From Lingula anatina (lineage: Eukaryota > Animalia > Brachiopoda), in the NCBI GenBank assembly GCA_051362555.1, contig CM120643.1:2232001-2296000 (forward strand): a stretch of DNA of 64,000 nt, read 5' to 3'. Under the pieces are notes generated by a model. It searched no databases, was not told where the DNA came from, and was given only the letters and a program-made list of their open reading frames with translations. The position numbers and the translations under genes are program-made. Below, piece after piece: positions 62,291 to 64,000 of the stretch. Positions within the stretch are counted from its first letter, which is position 1. The number at the start of each line of letters is the position of its first letter.

Positions 62291-63094
62291 AGAGATTGTG
62301 TCAACAAAAATTTTAACAGCTTAATGAATTATTTTATTTCAAATATCACACTTTGTAAAGAGTATATTTACAAATATGGGAAATGGCACTTGCATTTGCT
62401 TGGGTGCTCCAGTATTAGTCAACAGAATCACCGATGACGGTTCCGTGCGTCAGTCATTAACAAATACACTGTAAAACGCACACTGAAGAAGGCAACATAA
62501 TGTAACGTTGAATTTTAACTCAGTGCAATATGTATTATTTCATTGTTTTTTGGACTTAAACCTAAAGTGAAGCCTGTGAATACCGAAAAAGACCGAAGAG
62601 TGCCGAGTACGACCAAGGGACCATGCGATGTCCTGTGATACCACTTCGTATTTAATAAAATAATAAGTTTAAAAAATAAGTAACTGTCTTTTTGAAAGGG
62701 TCTGCACGATGCGTTCATTTAAAATGAATTTTCTTGAGGCTCTGTAACAAAAAAGAACATGGAAAATTAACAGAAAGTTGATATAGACGCTTAAGTGCCA
62801 TAAGTCGGGTCAGACTTGCACCGTCGCTGCCTCTTGTTTCTTTACTGGCGTTTTAAGACACGTCGTTTTTTCTGCAAACCTTTTGAATTCTTCACAGACA
62901 CACTTGGTGCATGATCTACAGAGTCGGGCCGGTTATCTAGTCTTGATGTTTAATAAGAACCCAAGTTTTTATTGCATAAAGTCGTTTCTCCTGCCTGGCT
63001 CAGTAGGGGGCCTTTTCGTCACGTTTAACGTTGCGCAACTCCAACGCCACGCCAGTTCCCAGAATCACAGATGATAGTCAGATATTGGGTTTAC

Positions 63095-63603
63095 TTATTT
63101 CGCCGTCAGAATCCTTTTAAACTCTGAAATTAAGGAGGCACAATAATAATATTATGTTTACTTCAAAAAAAGCCGTATTTGCATAATTGCAACAATACGA
63201 CACAGAGGTCTTTTAAAAGTGATATTCTTAGATGACTTTGAAGTTAGGCGGTGACGTCAACGGGGACAGGAAAACTAGCAAGAAGCTTATTTTATACCAG
63301 GAAATTATATAGATGAGGGATAGTAGGATGAATAGAGAAAGACTACCGAAAGAGGATGTGGGTTTCTTCATACATTTTCAAGGTATTTTCGGGGTTTCTC
63401 TTAGACAATATTGTATTCATCACGATATGTTGATGCTAGTAGGGTTTCGTCATCCGGCTCCAAACTCTTATCACGAAATGTTGACGTTAACTCAGTAGAT
63501 AAGGGAATTATATATAGCGTCTTGTGCAACATTATTTACCTGTAAAATTTACTGTGCCGTCACCGTCAACGTCAGCTTCTTGGATCATTTCACGAACCTC
63601 AGC
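63095..63603 (-). CDS. Last two exons of a second calmodulin-like gene copy (upstream exons lie beyond the window)
   Basis: Exons 63603-63540 and 63123-63095 are identical in nucleotide sequence to 41213-41150 and 40708-40680; splice sites intact. Confidence 0.88.
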
Positions 63604-64000
63604 CTGGAAAAGACAAGAATAAAGAGGATAAATTTTAAGACTGACACTGCATATCATTTAAAACATAAAATTCCTTAGGCCAACCTCGAAAGATTTTAAA
63701 CCTATCTAGGCTGCCGTTAACTGATTTTCCCAAATGAAGGGAAAAAAATACAGTCAGTTAATTTATCACCAATTTAATTTCAATACCGAATCTCTACATT
63801 CATACCAGTTATGGCCTTAAGCGCTAAGTTTTTTTTTTTTTAGTAGTAGTATTTCCACTCCCGAATTACATAACACGTATTTTACGGACACTATTCAGAC
63901 CCGTGACTAGAATTTTAATTTGGGGTGTTTTAAAAATAAAAGGTGGACCTTTTGTATAATATGAGAGTACTTAGACTATTTAGCTCTCCGTCAAAATTCT

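Overview
AT-rich animal genomic DNA with GT-AG introns, microsatellites and many MITEs. It is probably an invertebrate deuterostome, most likely an echinoderm (intronless single-cysteine-cluster TLRs; APPTMK-type actin). From left to right: (1) two tandem 908-aa Toll-like receptor genes offset by 10,253 bp, with an almost identical upstream region but patchily diverged ectodomains, separated by two tRNA-Val pseudogenes, an actin fragment and MITEs; (2) a 5.2-kb Mutator-like element nested in a Harbinger-type MITE; (3) a complete, phase-consistent 23-exon gene for a secreted CEMIP/TMEM2-like protein (about 1072 aa) that the ORF track misses; (4) on the minus strand, a 4-exon calmodulin-like gene that appears to keep only the C-lobe behind a novel TATA-driven first exon; (5) L2 LINE, Helitron-like and BEL/Pao remnants; (6) the 3' end of a second copy of the calmodulin-like gene at the right edge. 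The best novelty candidates are the half-calmodulin, the mosaic TLR pair, the CEMIP-like protein with an altered GG domain, and MITEs abutting splice donors. All gene models and alignments were made by eye; no searches were run.
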